In this document: one piece after another, positions 29,529 through 36,939 of the stretch
Numbering within the stretch: position 1 is the first letter of the stretch
Layout: every line of letters begins with the position of its first letter
Assembly: GCA_036985755.1 (NCBI GenBank)
Contig: BTQG01000001.1
Coordinates: forward strand, 17,204-81,203
Direction: 5' to 3'
Source: Acidimicrobiia bacterium
GTDB lineage: Bacteria > Actinomycetota > Acidimicrobiia > Spongiisociales > UBA5794
Length of the DNA stretch: 64,000 nucleotides
Made by a program: the position numbers and the translations under genes
Notes under the pieces: model-generated
Databases searched by the model: none
What the model was told of the DNA's origin: nothing
What the model saw: the letters and a program-made list of their open reading frames with translations, nothing else

Positions 29529-29912
29529 TCACGGCAGCTCTGAAAGCAGCGACCGCGATGCCGTCCATCGTTTCGCTGCGTAGGTGGCGTCGGATGGAAC
29601 TCCCGGGGCTTCGATCGTGATGCGCTGCTCCGGGTACACCAGCCCGAGGCCGGCGGCGGCCTCTGTGATCCGTTGTGGGCTGTTCATCCTGGCGAGCTCG
29701 AGCCGCAGGTCCCAGTGAATGCGCTCTTCTGCGGCCAGTTCCTGCCCGATCTGCTGAAGATCGAAGGCGGTGCGATCGAGCGAGATACGCGAGTAGATCA
29801 AGGCGAAGAACGCCAGGACGACGACCAGGGTGAACACCACGAGGGGCCGTATCCTGGTGCGATCGCGAGCCCGGCGGGCGGACCGGCGGGCGGTCAACGC
29901 TCCGGCGGTCAT
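29529..29912 (-). CDS. ftsL: FtsL-like septum formation protein
   Basis: Start re-picked at ATG 29912 (ATGA overlap with rsmH stop). 127 aa, basic N-terminus, one TM (LVVFTLVVVLAFFALIY), then coiled-coil. Position between rsmH and ftsI. Confidence 0.7.
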   Translation of the reverse strand: MTAGALTARRSARRARDRTRIRPLVVFTLVVVLAFFALIYSRISLDRTAFDLQQIGQELAAEERIHWDLRLELARMNSPQRITEAAAGLGLVYPEQRITIEAPGVPSDATYAAKRWTASRSLLSELP

Positions 29913-30844
29913 ACCGTCACCTTCTCCGCCGCTCTCAGCACAGCACTGCGAGCTCTCGGGTTCTCTTCGATCTCTTCGGCACTCGGGAACGTGCGTCCCA
30001 GAAGGCGCAGCTCGGCAGCGTTGCCGCACCCGCACACAGGGAGATCCGGCGGACACGTGCAGCCGGCGGCCCCGGCCGCGAAGCGCCGCTTGACCAGGCG
30101 GTCTTCCAGCGAATGGTATGAGATCACCACGACTCTGCCTCCTGGCCGAATCGCCGTGATCGCCGCGTCAAGGCCAGAGGCGAGGGCCCCCAGTTCATCG
30201 TTGACCGCGATCCTGAGGGCCTGGAAAACCCTCCTGGCCGGGTGCCCCGGTCGTTTGGCGGCGGCAGGAACGGCGCCGGCGACCACGACCGCGAGTCTCT
30301 CGGTGTCCTCGATGGGGCGGGCAACGAAGATGGCGTGGGCGATCCGGGCTGCGAAACGCTCCTCGCCGTAGTCGCGGAAGATGGCGGCAAGTTGATCGAC
30401 CTGCCACTCGTTGACCAATTCTGCGGCGTCCAGCTCGGTATCGGGCCCCATCCGCATATCCAGTGGGCCGGCGCGCCGAAACGAGAAACCACGCTCCGCC
30501 GTATCGATCTGATGCGAGGAGATGCCGAGATCCAGGAGTACGCCGTCGACATGAGGACCACCAGGTGGGTCGGCGACAGACTCATCGGCGATCACCTCCA
30601 CCAGCTCGGTGAAGTTGGCCTGAACCACAGACAGGCGCGAGTGAGCGGGGGCGTTGACGATGGCGTCGGGATCTCGATCGATACCGATCACGGCCAGCTC
30701 CGGGAAGCGATCCAGGAGGGCAAGGGCGTGACCACCGCCACCGAACGTCCCATCGACGATGGTTCCGACCGCGACCGGGGCCAGTGAGTCCACCACCTCG
30801 CTCACCATGACAGGGTTGTGATATCCCGAGCTGGTCTGACCCAT
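29909..30844 (-). CDS. rsmH: 16S rRNA m4C1402 methyltransferase RsmH (MraW)
   Basis: Start re-picked at ATG 30844 (MGQTSSGYHNPVMVSEV); DGTFGGGGHA SAM motif, DLGISSHQ. The upstream part of the tracked ORF is translated repeat DNA. Confidence 0.95.
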   Translation of the reverse strand: MGQTSSGYHNPVMVSEVVDSLAPVAVGTIVDGTFGGGGHALALLDRFPELAVIGIDRDPDAIVNAPAHSRLSVVQANFTELVEVIADESVADPPGGPHVDGVLLDLGISSHQIDTAERGFSFRRAGPLDMRMGPDTELDAAELVNEWQVDQLAAIFRDYGEERFAARIAHAIFVARPIEDTERLAVVVAGAVPAAAKRPGHPARRVFQALRIAVNDELGALASGLDAAITAIRPGGRVVVISYHSLEDRLVKRRFAAGAAGCTCPPDLPVCGCGNAAELRLLGRTFPSAEEIEENPRARSAVLRAAEKVTV

Positions 30845-30925
30845 GGTCAGCCCCCCGGAACGCTGGCGCCACCATGGAAGCGGGCGGAGTAAGGGGCCTT
30901 CCATATGGCATCCGGGGGGCTGACC
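30845..30925 (-). promoter_or_regulatory. Structured rsmH leader: 15-bp perfect stem abutting the start codon (candidate mraW-type RNA element)
   Basis: GGTCAGCCCCCCGGA at 30845-30859 and its exact reverse complement at 30911-30925. Inner imperfect stem CCATatGGAAG / CTTCCATGG. The arm adjacent to the ATG contains the G-run that is the only SD-like sequence. Confidence 0.6.
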
Positions 30926-30945
30926 ACAGGCCAGACCAAGAGAGA

Positions 30946-31059
30946 CGCAAGACGCAAGTCGCAAGTCGCAAGTCGCAAGACGCAAGACGCAAGACGCAAG
31001 ACGCAAGACGCAAGTTGAACTCGAGACTGCTCGGGACTTGCGACTTGCGACTCGTGACT
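30946..31059. repeat. Ten tandem CGCAAG(A/T) heptamers plus inverted copies
   Basis: Units at 30946, 30953 ... 31009 (A,T,T,T,A,A,A,A,A,T variants). ACTTGCGACTTGCGACTCGTGACT at 31036-31059 is the inverted copy of the AGTCGCAAGTCGCAAGT part. Confidence 0.95.
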
Positions 31060-31063
31060 TTCT

Positions 31064-31495
31064 TCATATTCCATCCTCCGACAGCACCTCCTCGATCCCG
31101 GCGTAGTACTCGTCGGCTTCGGCGGCGACCGACTCCCACACATCCGTCGCCCAGATCTCGATGTGATCGGCGACGCCCACCACCGCCAGGTCCTTCTTCA
31201 GCCCGGCATAGGCTCGCAGCGCCTCCGGGAGCTGGATCCGCCCCTGACCATCGAGACGCTGGTCGGTCGCCGAGGCGAAGAAGGACCGCGAGAAGTTCCT
31301 GGCCCGCCGATCTGTTCTTGGCAGGGAGAGCACGCGACCGGCCTCGTCTTCCCACCGGCCCATCGCAAAGACATACAGGCAGCGCTCCTGCCCCTTGGTG
31401 ACGACGCACCCGGCCTCCAGCCCCTTCCGGAACTTGCTGGGCATCACGACGCGCCCCTTGGCATCGAGTGCATGGGTGTACTCCCCAAGAAACAC
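31064..31495 (-). CDS. mraZ: Transcriptional regulator MraZ
   Basis: GTG start; two DxxGR motifs (LDAKGRVVMP, LDGQGRIQLP); 143 aa; first gene of the dcw cluster. Confidence 0.95.
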   Translation of the reverse strand: MFLGEYTHALDAKGRVVMPSKFRKGLEAGCVVTKGQERCLYVFAMGRWEDEAGRVLSLPRTDRRARNFSRSFFASATDQRLDGQGRIQLPEALRAYAGLKKDLAVVGVADHIEIWATDVWESVAAEADEYYAGIEEVLSEDGI

Positions 31496-31521
31496 GAGTC
31501 TGCGCCTCCATCACGGTTCGA

Positions 31522-31572
31522 TCACCATCTCCCACAGGTCGCCACTATGGCCCACTTTCCGCCACCTGTCAA
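31522..31572 (-). promoter_or_regulatory. Putative mraZ/dcw promoter with phased GTGG (MraZ-box-like) repeats
   Basis: Minus-sense TTGACA (31572-31567), 17-nt spacer, CATAGT (31549-31544). CCAC on the plus strand at 31532, 31542, 31552, 31562 and TCAC at 31522, an exact 10-bp period. Confidence 0.6.
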
Positions 31573-31645
31573 CCCTATCGGCCCCCGACGGCCCCTGCTT
31601 TACCACTGATTCGGCGATAGCAGGCGGCGGTTAGCCTCTGCTGCC

Positions 31646-32416
31646 ATGGAACGGCCGATCGTTGTCGTCGGGCTGGGAGAGATGGGCGGGGTGTTCGCAA
31701 GGGCCTTCCTGTCCGTGGGGTACCCTGTCTATCCGGTGCTTCGCCATCGTCCGATAGCGGAGACCGCGGCCACCGTGCCCGACCCCGCACTGGTCCTGGT
31801 CACCGTGGGCGAAGCCGACCTCGATGAGGCTCTTGACGGCCTTCCTGCACCCTGGCGCCGTCGCGTCGGGCTGATCCAGAACGAGCTGCTCCCGCCAGAC
31901 TGGGCGAGACACGGAATCGACGACCCGACCGTTGCCACCGTGTGGTTCGAGAAGAAACCGGGGAGACCGGTCAGGGTCATCGTCCCCACCCTGGTGGCGG
32001 GGCCGCAGGCGGAGCTCGTCGTCACCGCTCTGGATCGCCTCGGCATAGCAGTGAGGGTCATCCATCGTGACCAACTGGTCAACGCCCTCGTAGCCAAGAA
32101 CCTGTACATCCTGACTGCAAACATCGGCGGCTTGTCGACCGGCGGGACGGTATCCGAGCTGTGGCAGGGGCATCCCGAGCTGGCAGCACCGGTCGCCTCC
32201 GAGGTGCTCGATATTCAAGAACACCTGGTCGGGGAGCCGATCGACCGGGAGATGGCGATGGCGGAGATGATTGCCGCTTTCGCCGCCGACCCCGAGCACG
32301 GATCAACGGGCAGGAGCGCGCCACGCCGTTTGCAGCGGGCTCTTCGTTTCGCCCGCGACGCCGGTATCGCCACGCCCACCCTCGACGCGATCGCGGAGGA
32401 AGTAACGAAGAAGTAG
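31646..32416 (+). CDS. NAD(P)-binding Rossmann-fold protein, function unknown (ketopantoate-reductase-like N-terminus)
   Basis: IVVVGLGEMGGVFARAF dinucleotide-binding motif; 256 aa; good coding bias. Confidence 0.6.
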   Translation: MERPIVVVGLGEMGGVFARAFLSVGYPVYPVLRHRPIAETAATVPDPALVLVTVGEADLDEALDGLPAPWRRRVGLIQNELLPPDWARHGIDDPTVATVWFEKKPGRPVRVIVPTLVAGPQAELVVTALDRLGIAVRVIHRDQLVNALVAKNLYILTANIGGLSTGGTVSELWQGHPELAAPVASEVLDIQEHLVGEPIDREMAMAEMIAAFAADPEHGSTGRSAPRRLQRALRFARDAGIATPTLDAIAEEVTKK

Positions 32417-32435
32417 CCAGGAAGTAGCGAAGACT
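32399..32435. repeat. Three 11-nt-spaced GAAGTARC words spanning the stop codon, then GAAGACT
   Basis: GAAGTAACG 32399, GAAGTAGCC 32410 (contains stop TAG 32414-32416), GAAGTAGCG 32421, GAAGACT 32429. GAAGTAGCC also occurs at 2066. Confidence 0.8.
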
Positions 32436-32493
32436 GAGCTCCGCATCGCCGATCGAACCCACCTAGCCTGAGTACAGAAGCCAAGGAGGAAAC

Positions 32494-33015
32494 GTGCATG
32501 TACTCGTGGCAACCGATGGAAGCCTCGAAACGGAAGAGGCCGCCAGTTTCGCAGAAAGGCTCGCTGACAAAGACGGCAAGGTGACGGTGCTGACCGTCGT
32601 CGAGATTCCAAGAAAGATGCTCCAAGACCTGCGCGCCGTCATGGGAGAGCAGCACGAGACCGGCGTCATCGAAGCCGGCGAATGGGTCGACACCCCGGCG
32701 GTTCCCCCACAGGCACCACGAAACTGGCCGGGTGATGATGCCGTCATCGACCGCTATCTCGACGACAAGCGATTCCAATGCACAGACCCGATCGTCTCCA
32801 CACTCAACGGTCGTGGCATAGCCGCCGAGGGCCTGGTGGTGGAGGGCGAGAAACCCACAGAAACGATCCTGGAGCAGGTCGAGACCCTCGGCGCCGACGT
32901 GCTCGTCATCGGCTCCCACGGCCTCGGAGCCTTCAGCGGCCTGCTCGGCTCGGTGGGGACCAAACTCGTGCGTGGTTCATCAAAGCCGGTGCTGCTGCTG
33001 CGACGCGAGCCCTAG
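32494..33015 (+). CDS. Universal stress protein (UspA family)
   Basis: GTG start behind AAGGAGGA; VLVATDGS ... DVLVIGSHGLGAFSGLLGSVGTKLVRGSSKPVLLL. Confidence 0.9.
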   Translation: MHVLVATDGSLETEEAASFAERLADKDGKVTVLTVVEIPRKMLQDLRAVMGEQHETGVIEAGEWVDTPAVPPQAPRNWPGDDAVIDRYLDDKRFQCTDPIVSTLNGRGIAAEGLVVEGEKPTETILEQVETLGADVLVIGSHGLGAFSGLLGSVGTKLVRGSSKPVLLLRREP

Positions 33016-33132
33016 TGGCCCGAGCGGCCCGTAGCCAAAAGCGGGGAAAACATAGTGGCCCGAGCGGCCCGTAGCCAAAAGCGGGGAAAACATAGTTGCC
33101 CGAGCGGCCCGTAGCCAAAAGCGGGGAAACCA
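33013..33132. repeat. 40-bp tandem repeat, three copies
   Basis: TAGTGGCCCGAGCGGCCCGTAGCCAAAAGCGGGGAAAACA at 33013-33052 and 33053-33092 (identical). Third copy 33093-33132 has 3 substitutions. First unit starts with the USP stop codon. Confidence 0.95.
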
Positions 33133-33142
33133 CAGGCCCCGC

Positions 33143-33637
33143 CTAGACCCTGAGGTACGGCTCCCACTCTGCATCCGGGAGGCCGCCGAACGCGGCTGCG
33201 ACCCAGCTGTCTCTCGGCGGCACTCGCGGTCTTCGCTGTAGCTGGAGACCCGCTTCTCTGGGAGTCCTGCCGCCCTTGCGCGTGTTGCAGCGACGGCATG
33301 CGGCGACGACATTAGACCAGGTGTGCTCGCCCCCTCTCGAACGGGGGATGACGTGGTCCAGGTTCTCGGCCGGCCGCCCGCAGTATTGGCAGGCGTCACG
33401 ATCGCGATGAAAGACGGTTCTCCGGTTCACCGGAACCCGCCTCGCATACGGCACCGCCACAAATCGACGAAGCTGGACCACCGACGGCGACGCCATCGCG
33501 ATGTGCTCGGAATGCCATACCACGCCGTTGGACACGATGACATCGGCACGGTGGGCGAGGACGAGCACAAGCGCCCGCTGAACGGGAACCACCGACAGCG
33601 GCTCGAGACTCGCATTGAGCACCAGTGCGCGGGCCAT
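33143..33637 (-). CDS. Small HNH endonuclease-family protein
   Basis: CQYCGRPAENLDHVIPRSRGGEHTWSNVVAACRRCNTRK (HNH with zinc-binding Cys pairs); 164 aa. Confidence 0.85.
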   Translation of the reverse strand: MARALVLNASLEPLSVVPVQRALVLVLAHRADVIVSNGVVWHSEHIAMASPSVVQLRRFVAVPYARRVPVNRRTVFHRDRDACQYCGRPAENLDHVIPRSRGGEHTWSNVVAACRRCNTRKGGRTPREAGLQLQRRPRVPPRDSWVAAAFGGLPDAEWEPYLRV

Positions 33638-33716
33638 AGGCGCAAAAGAGTACCAGGGGTGAGAAAAACCCAGAGACGGAGACGCGCATTACGTATTGCG
33701 ACATCGAGCCTGAGAA

Positions 33717-34373
33717 CTATCCGTTCTCGAATGCCATCCACGTTGCCAAGCCGAGGGCGAAGGGGCGACCGCCTTCGACGACGCTGGAGCCGGCAAACCG
33801 CTCGCGCCCATCTTCGACCACGATGGTCATCACCGGGGTGCCCTCGACATCGCGCTCATCGATGCACAACACGATCGGTGCCGGCGACACACCGGCCAGC
33901 TCGGAAACAGCAGCAACGACCGCATCATCGAGACGTGTCCCGGAGGATCGAGCGGCGCGGTCGGCGATCCGTCCCGTGCTCGTCTCCGCCCGAACCATCA
34001 CTCCGCGGCGATCCTCGACGACCGAGACCTTCGCCAGCTTCTCCTGAACCTCGACCCGCGGTCTCGGTGCCCGCGTCGGCGTCGAGCCACGTGGCGAGAC
34101 TTCGACCTCCATTGGGCCCCGGCGCACCCGGGAGCTCGAAGCCATCTCGGAGCGAAGACCGTGTGCCGCCAACACCCGCTGTACCTCCTCGCCGACCACA
34201 GCGGCGTCGACTCCGGTCGCAAGGCGAACACGTACCCCTTGTGGCGTCATCGCATCGCCTTCGACCACCGCCGATTCGACGCCGGGCAAGCTCAACAGCT
34301 CGTCGCGCAGCGTATCCGTCGCCAGATCAGCCTCCCCTCGTAAGCCCCCGGGCGGCCCGGTGCCGCCACTCAA
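33717..34373 (-). CDS. Hypothetical protein (no recognised domain)
   Basis: 218-aa ORF with coding-like GC3. TTG start at 34373 uncertain (alternatives GTG/ATG further in). Overlaps the upstream ORF stop region. Confidence 0.5.
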   Translation of the reverse strand: MSGGTGPPGGLRGEADLATDTLRDELLSLPGVESAVVEGDAMTPQGVRVRLATGVDAAVVGEEVQRVLAAHGLRSEMASSSRVRRGPMEVEVSPRGSTPTRAPRPRVEVQEKLAKVSVVEDRRGVMVRAETSTGRIADRAARSSGTRLDDAVVAAVSELAGVSPAPIVLCIDERDVEGTPVMTIVVEDGRERFAGSSVVEGGRPFALGLATWMAFENG

Positions 34374-34581
34374 GATACGCTACGAGATCATCCTCGGCAA
34401 GGGTGGCTTCGGGGTCCCCGTACGCAGTAGTCACCCGCCATCGAACGAGATCATGCTCGGGGATGGGGAGAAAGGGTGGCCGGGCCCACCATCGCCGCGG
34501 CGACATGGCGACAAGGGCGCCCAGCGCTGTCGGCCACAAGAAAGGGCGCCTGGCGACAGCGACGATCGAACGGCTCAGCAT
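34327..34581 (-). CDS. Hypothetical small protein (84 aa)
   Basis: Start re-picked at ATG 34581 behind GGAGGTGGAGG. The 48 codons upstream in the tracked ORF have visibly lower third-position GC (about 58 percent by my count). Sequence MLSRSIVAVARRPFLWPTALGALVAMSPRRWW... has one hydrophobic segment. Confidence 0.5.
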   Translation of the reverse strand: MLSRSIVAVARRPFLWPTALGALVAMSPRRWWARPPFLPIPEHDLVRWRVTTAYGDPEATLAEDDLVAYLEWRHRAARGLTRGG

Positions 34582-34783
34582 GGTGCCTCCACCTCCGACC
34601 GGAAAGGCTAGGCACTCAAGATCGCCTTCACCATGCACCGAAGACTCTTCTCGGGGTGTGCCGAGCAATTCCCACGCGAGCCATCCGATATCATCGTCCG
34701 TCGGCGAGCCGATGACTGGTGGCACATGTCATTGTTCAGCACGGTCCTAGGCTCGGTGCATTCACTAGCGAATTGGAGACTGC

Positions 34784-35755
34784 GTGCCGGTTACACCCGA
34801 CGAGCTGGAGTGGTTCGGCGAGCGCTTCATAGCCGTGGCCGACAACATAGAGCTGGTCATTCAGGGGAAGCGGGAAACCGTCGAACTGGTCACCGCTTGT
34901 CTGCTGTCGGGGGGCCATGCCCTGCTCGAGGATGTACCTGGTGTCGGTAAGACCCTGCTCGCCAAGTCGCTGGCACGATCGATCGATTGCACCTACCAGC
35001 GGATCCAGTTCACTCCCGACCTGCTTCCCTCCGATGTGACCGGAGTCTCGGTATGGGACAGGGAGACCAGCCAGTTCGTGTTCCGCTCCGGGCCCATATT
35101 CGGCAATGTCGTGCTCGGCGACGAGATCAACAGGGCGAGTCCGAAAACCCAGGCGGCACTGCTCGAAGCAATGGAGGAACGCCAGGTGACCGTCGACGGG
35201 GTGACCAGGGCCCTGGCGCCGCCGTTCATCGTCATCGCCACCCAGAACCCCATCGAGCATGAGGGAACATATCCGCTGCCAGAGGCCCAGCTCGACCGCT
35301 TCATGATGCGGCTCGGTATGGGTTATCCGTCGCGAGCCAAGGAGCTCGAGATGCTCGATACCCACGGGGAGCGTTCGACGTTCGATGACCTCGGTGCGGT
35401 CATCCACGCCGACGACATCGTCACCATGGTCGATATCGCCAGCCGGGTGCATACGTCTGATGTGGTTCGCGGATACCTCATCGACATCGCAGAGGCCACC
35501 CGCACCCATCCGGATCTCCTGCTGGGAGCGTCGCCGCGCGCCACCCTGTTCGTGCAGCGGGCTACCAGGACCAGGGCGGCAATCGCCGGCAGGGAGTTCG
35601 TCACGCCAGACGATGTCAAGGCGTTGCTCGAGCCGATCCTCAACCACCGCATGCTGCTCCATCCCGAAGCCCAGATGCGGGGAAGCTCGATCGTCAAGGT
35701 CATCGAGGAAATCGCCGGATCGGTCCCCGTGCCTGGTTCACAGGGCGCTCCCTGA
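34784..35755 (+). CDS. MoxR-family AAA+ ATPase
   Basis: Walker A LLEDVPGVGKT, Walker B VVLGDEINR, ATQNPIEHEGTYPLPEAQLDRF. Confidence 0.95.
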   Translation: MPVTPDELEWFGERFIAVADNIELVIQGKRETVELVTACLLSGGHALLEDVPGVGKTLLAKSLARSIDCTYQRIQFTPDLLPSDVTGVSVWDRETSQFVFRSGPIFGNVVLGDEINRASPKTQAALLEAMEERQVTVDGVTRALAPPFIVIATQNPIEHEGTYPLPEAQLDRFMMRLGMGYPSRAKELEMLDTHGERSTFDDLGAVIHADDIVTMVDIASRVHTSDVVRGYLIDIAEATRTHPDLLLGASPRATLFVQRATRTRAAIAGREFVTPDDVKALLEPILNHRMLLHPEAQMRGSSIVKVIEEIAGSVPVPGSQGAP

Positions 35756-36939
35756 TGCCGACGACCAGAGGATGGGCGGCACTCGGCGTCGGGATGGCGC
35801 TGTCGATTCTGTGGTTGGCGTTCGGTGAGCGGGTGATGCTCGCCGCCGGGGTGTTCTTCATCCTCGCCGTGCTGGTAGGAATCGCCTCCGTCCGGTCCGC
35901 CACGCCGAGCGTGAGGATCAGCCGGACGATCACACCGATCCAGGTGCACGCAGGCGATCGTGCCGTCGTGCTCGTCGGACTGGTGGCGAGCAAGACGATC
36001 CACGCTGCCACCGTTGTCGATCGGGTCTACGGTCTCGGCACTGCCCGGTTCGTGACCAACCGCATCGAAGCGAATGTGCCGATCGAGGCCCGGTATGAGG
36101 TGCTCTGTCATCCCAGGGGTGTCTATCGCATCGGGCCGGCGACGGTAACCATCGAAGATCCTCTCGGCCTCGCCGAATCGGTCGGTGAGGCGAGGAATCT
36201 CGACCGGCTCGTCGTGTTTCCTGCCGTCGAGGACCTGCTCGGCTTGCCATCCGGCCGTGGCCTCGATCCGACCGCGGACGCCACACGCGCCAGTTTCTCT
36301 CAGGCGGGAGGCGAAGACTTCTACACCCTCCGCGAGTATCAGGTTGGCGATGATCTGCGCAGAGTCCACTGGCCGACGTCTGCCAAACGCGACGAGTTGA
36401 TGATCCGGCAGCTCGAAGCGCACTGGCAGTCAAGGGCGCTGGTGGTTTTCGACCCGAGGGCACAGGTGTACGCCGACGATGCCTCCTTCGAGCACGCGGT
36501 GAGCGGAGTCGCATCGATCGTGCGACACCTGTATCGCAACCGGTACCGCCCAACCGTCTGGACCGGCACCGGTTCGTTCACAGCCGTTGACACACCCGAG
36601 GGATACCAGCGAGCCATGGAAGAACTCGCCATCGTCCAAAGCCGCGGCGCCGTTGACCTGACAAGGGCGGTCTCCCAAGAACGCGCTCGCAACGGTAGCG
36701 GCGGTGTCCTGGTGATGATGACCGGCACACCCGACGACGGCGCCCTGGAGGCGTTACGGACGCTCGACCGAGACTTCGACCGCAAGATCGTCATGGCCGT
36801 CAGCCCCGATCCGGGAAGTGGCCTCGGCGGCCTGACGCGCACCGGGGTCAACACGGTCGTTGCCCAGCCCGGCGAGGCGTGGGCGACGGCCTGGAAAGCG
36901 GCAATGGAGCGTACATGGTCTACCGCTACGGCTGGATAG
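35755..36939 (+). CDS. DUF58 (vWA-like) protein, MoxR partner
   Basis: FYTLREYQVGDDLRRVHWPTSAKRDELMIRQ signature; two N-terminal TM segments; 1-nt TGATG overlap with moxR. Confidence 0.9.
   Translation: MPTTRGWAALGVGMALSILWLAFGERVMLAAGVFFILAVLVGIASVRSATPSVRISRTITPIQVHAGDRAVVLVGLVASKTIHAATVVDRVYGLGTARFVTNRIEANVPIEARYEVLCHPRGVYRIGPATVTIEDPLGLAESVGEARNLDRLVVFPAVEDLLGLPSGRGLDPTADATRASFSQAGGEDFYTLREYQVGDDLRRVHWPTSAKRDELMIRQLEAHWQSRALVVFDPRAQVYADDASFEHAVSGVASIVRHLYRNRYRPTVWTGTGSFTAVDTPEGYQRAMEELAIVQSRGAVDLTRAVSQERARNGSGGVLVMMTGTPDDGALEALRTLDRDFDRKIVMAVSPDPGSGLGGLTRTGVNTVVAQPGEAWATAWKAAMERTWSTATAG

Noticed and set aside
30847-31401. ORFs translating the heptamer array (for example RLASCVLRLATCDLRLASC; 30847..31143-, 30874..31401+, upstream part of 29909..31006-)
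   Set aside because: The periodic peptide is simply translated CGCAAGW repeats in the mraZ-rsmH spacer. The flanking genes have clear independent boundaries.
33013-33132. Possible CRISPR array
   Set aside because: Units are contiguous with no spacers, there are only three copies, and no cas genes are nearby. I classify it as a tandem minisatellite. The minus-strand ORFs crossing it (32933..33133, 33012..33299, 32980..33399) are artefacts of the repeat.
34582-34725. N-terminal 48 codons of tracked ORF 34327..34725
   Set aside because: Third-position GC (about 58 percent by hand count) is well below neighbouring genes. A strong GGAGGTGGAGG SD precedes the internal ATG 34581. I treat this stretch as non-coding, with moderate certainty.
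35323-36423. 366-aa minus ORF antisense to moxR/DUF58, and 32215..32919 antisense to the USP gene
   Set aside because: Shadow ORFs opposite genes with clear family signatures.
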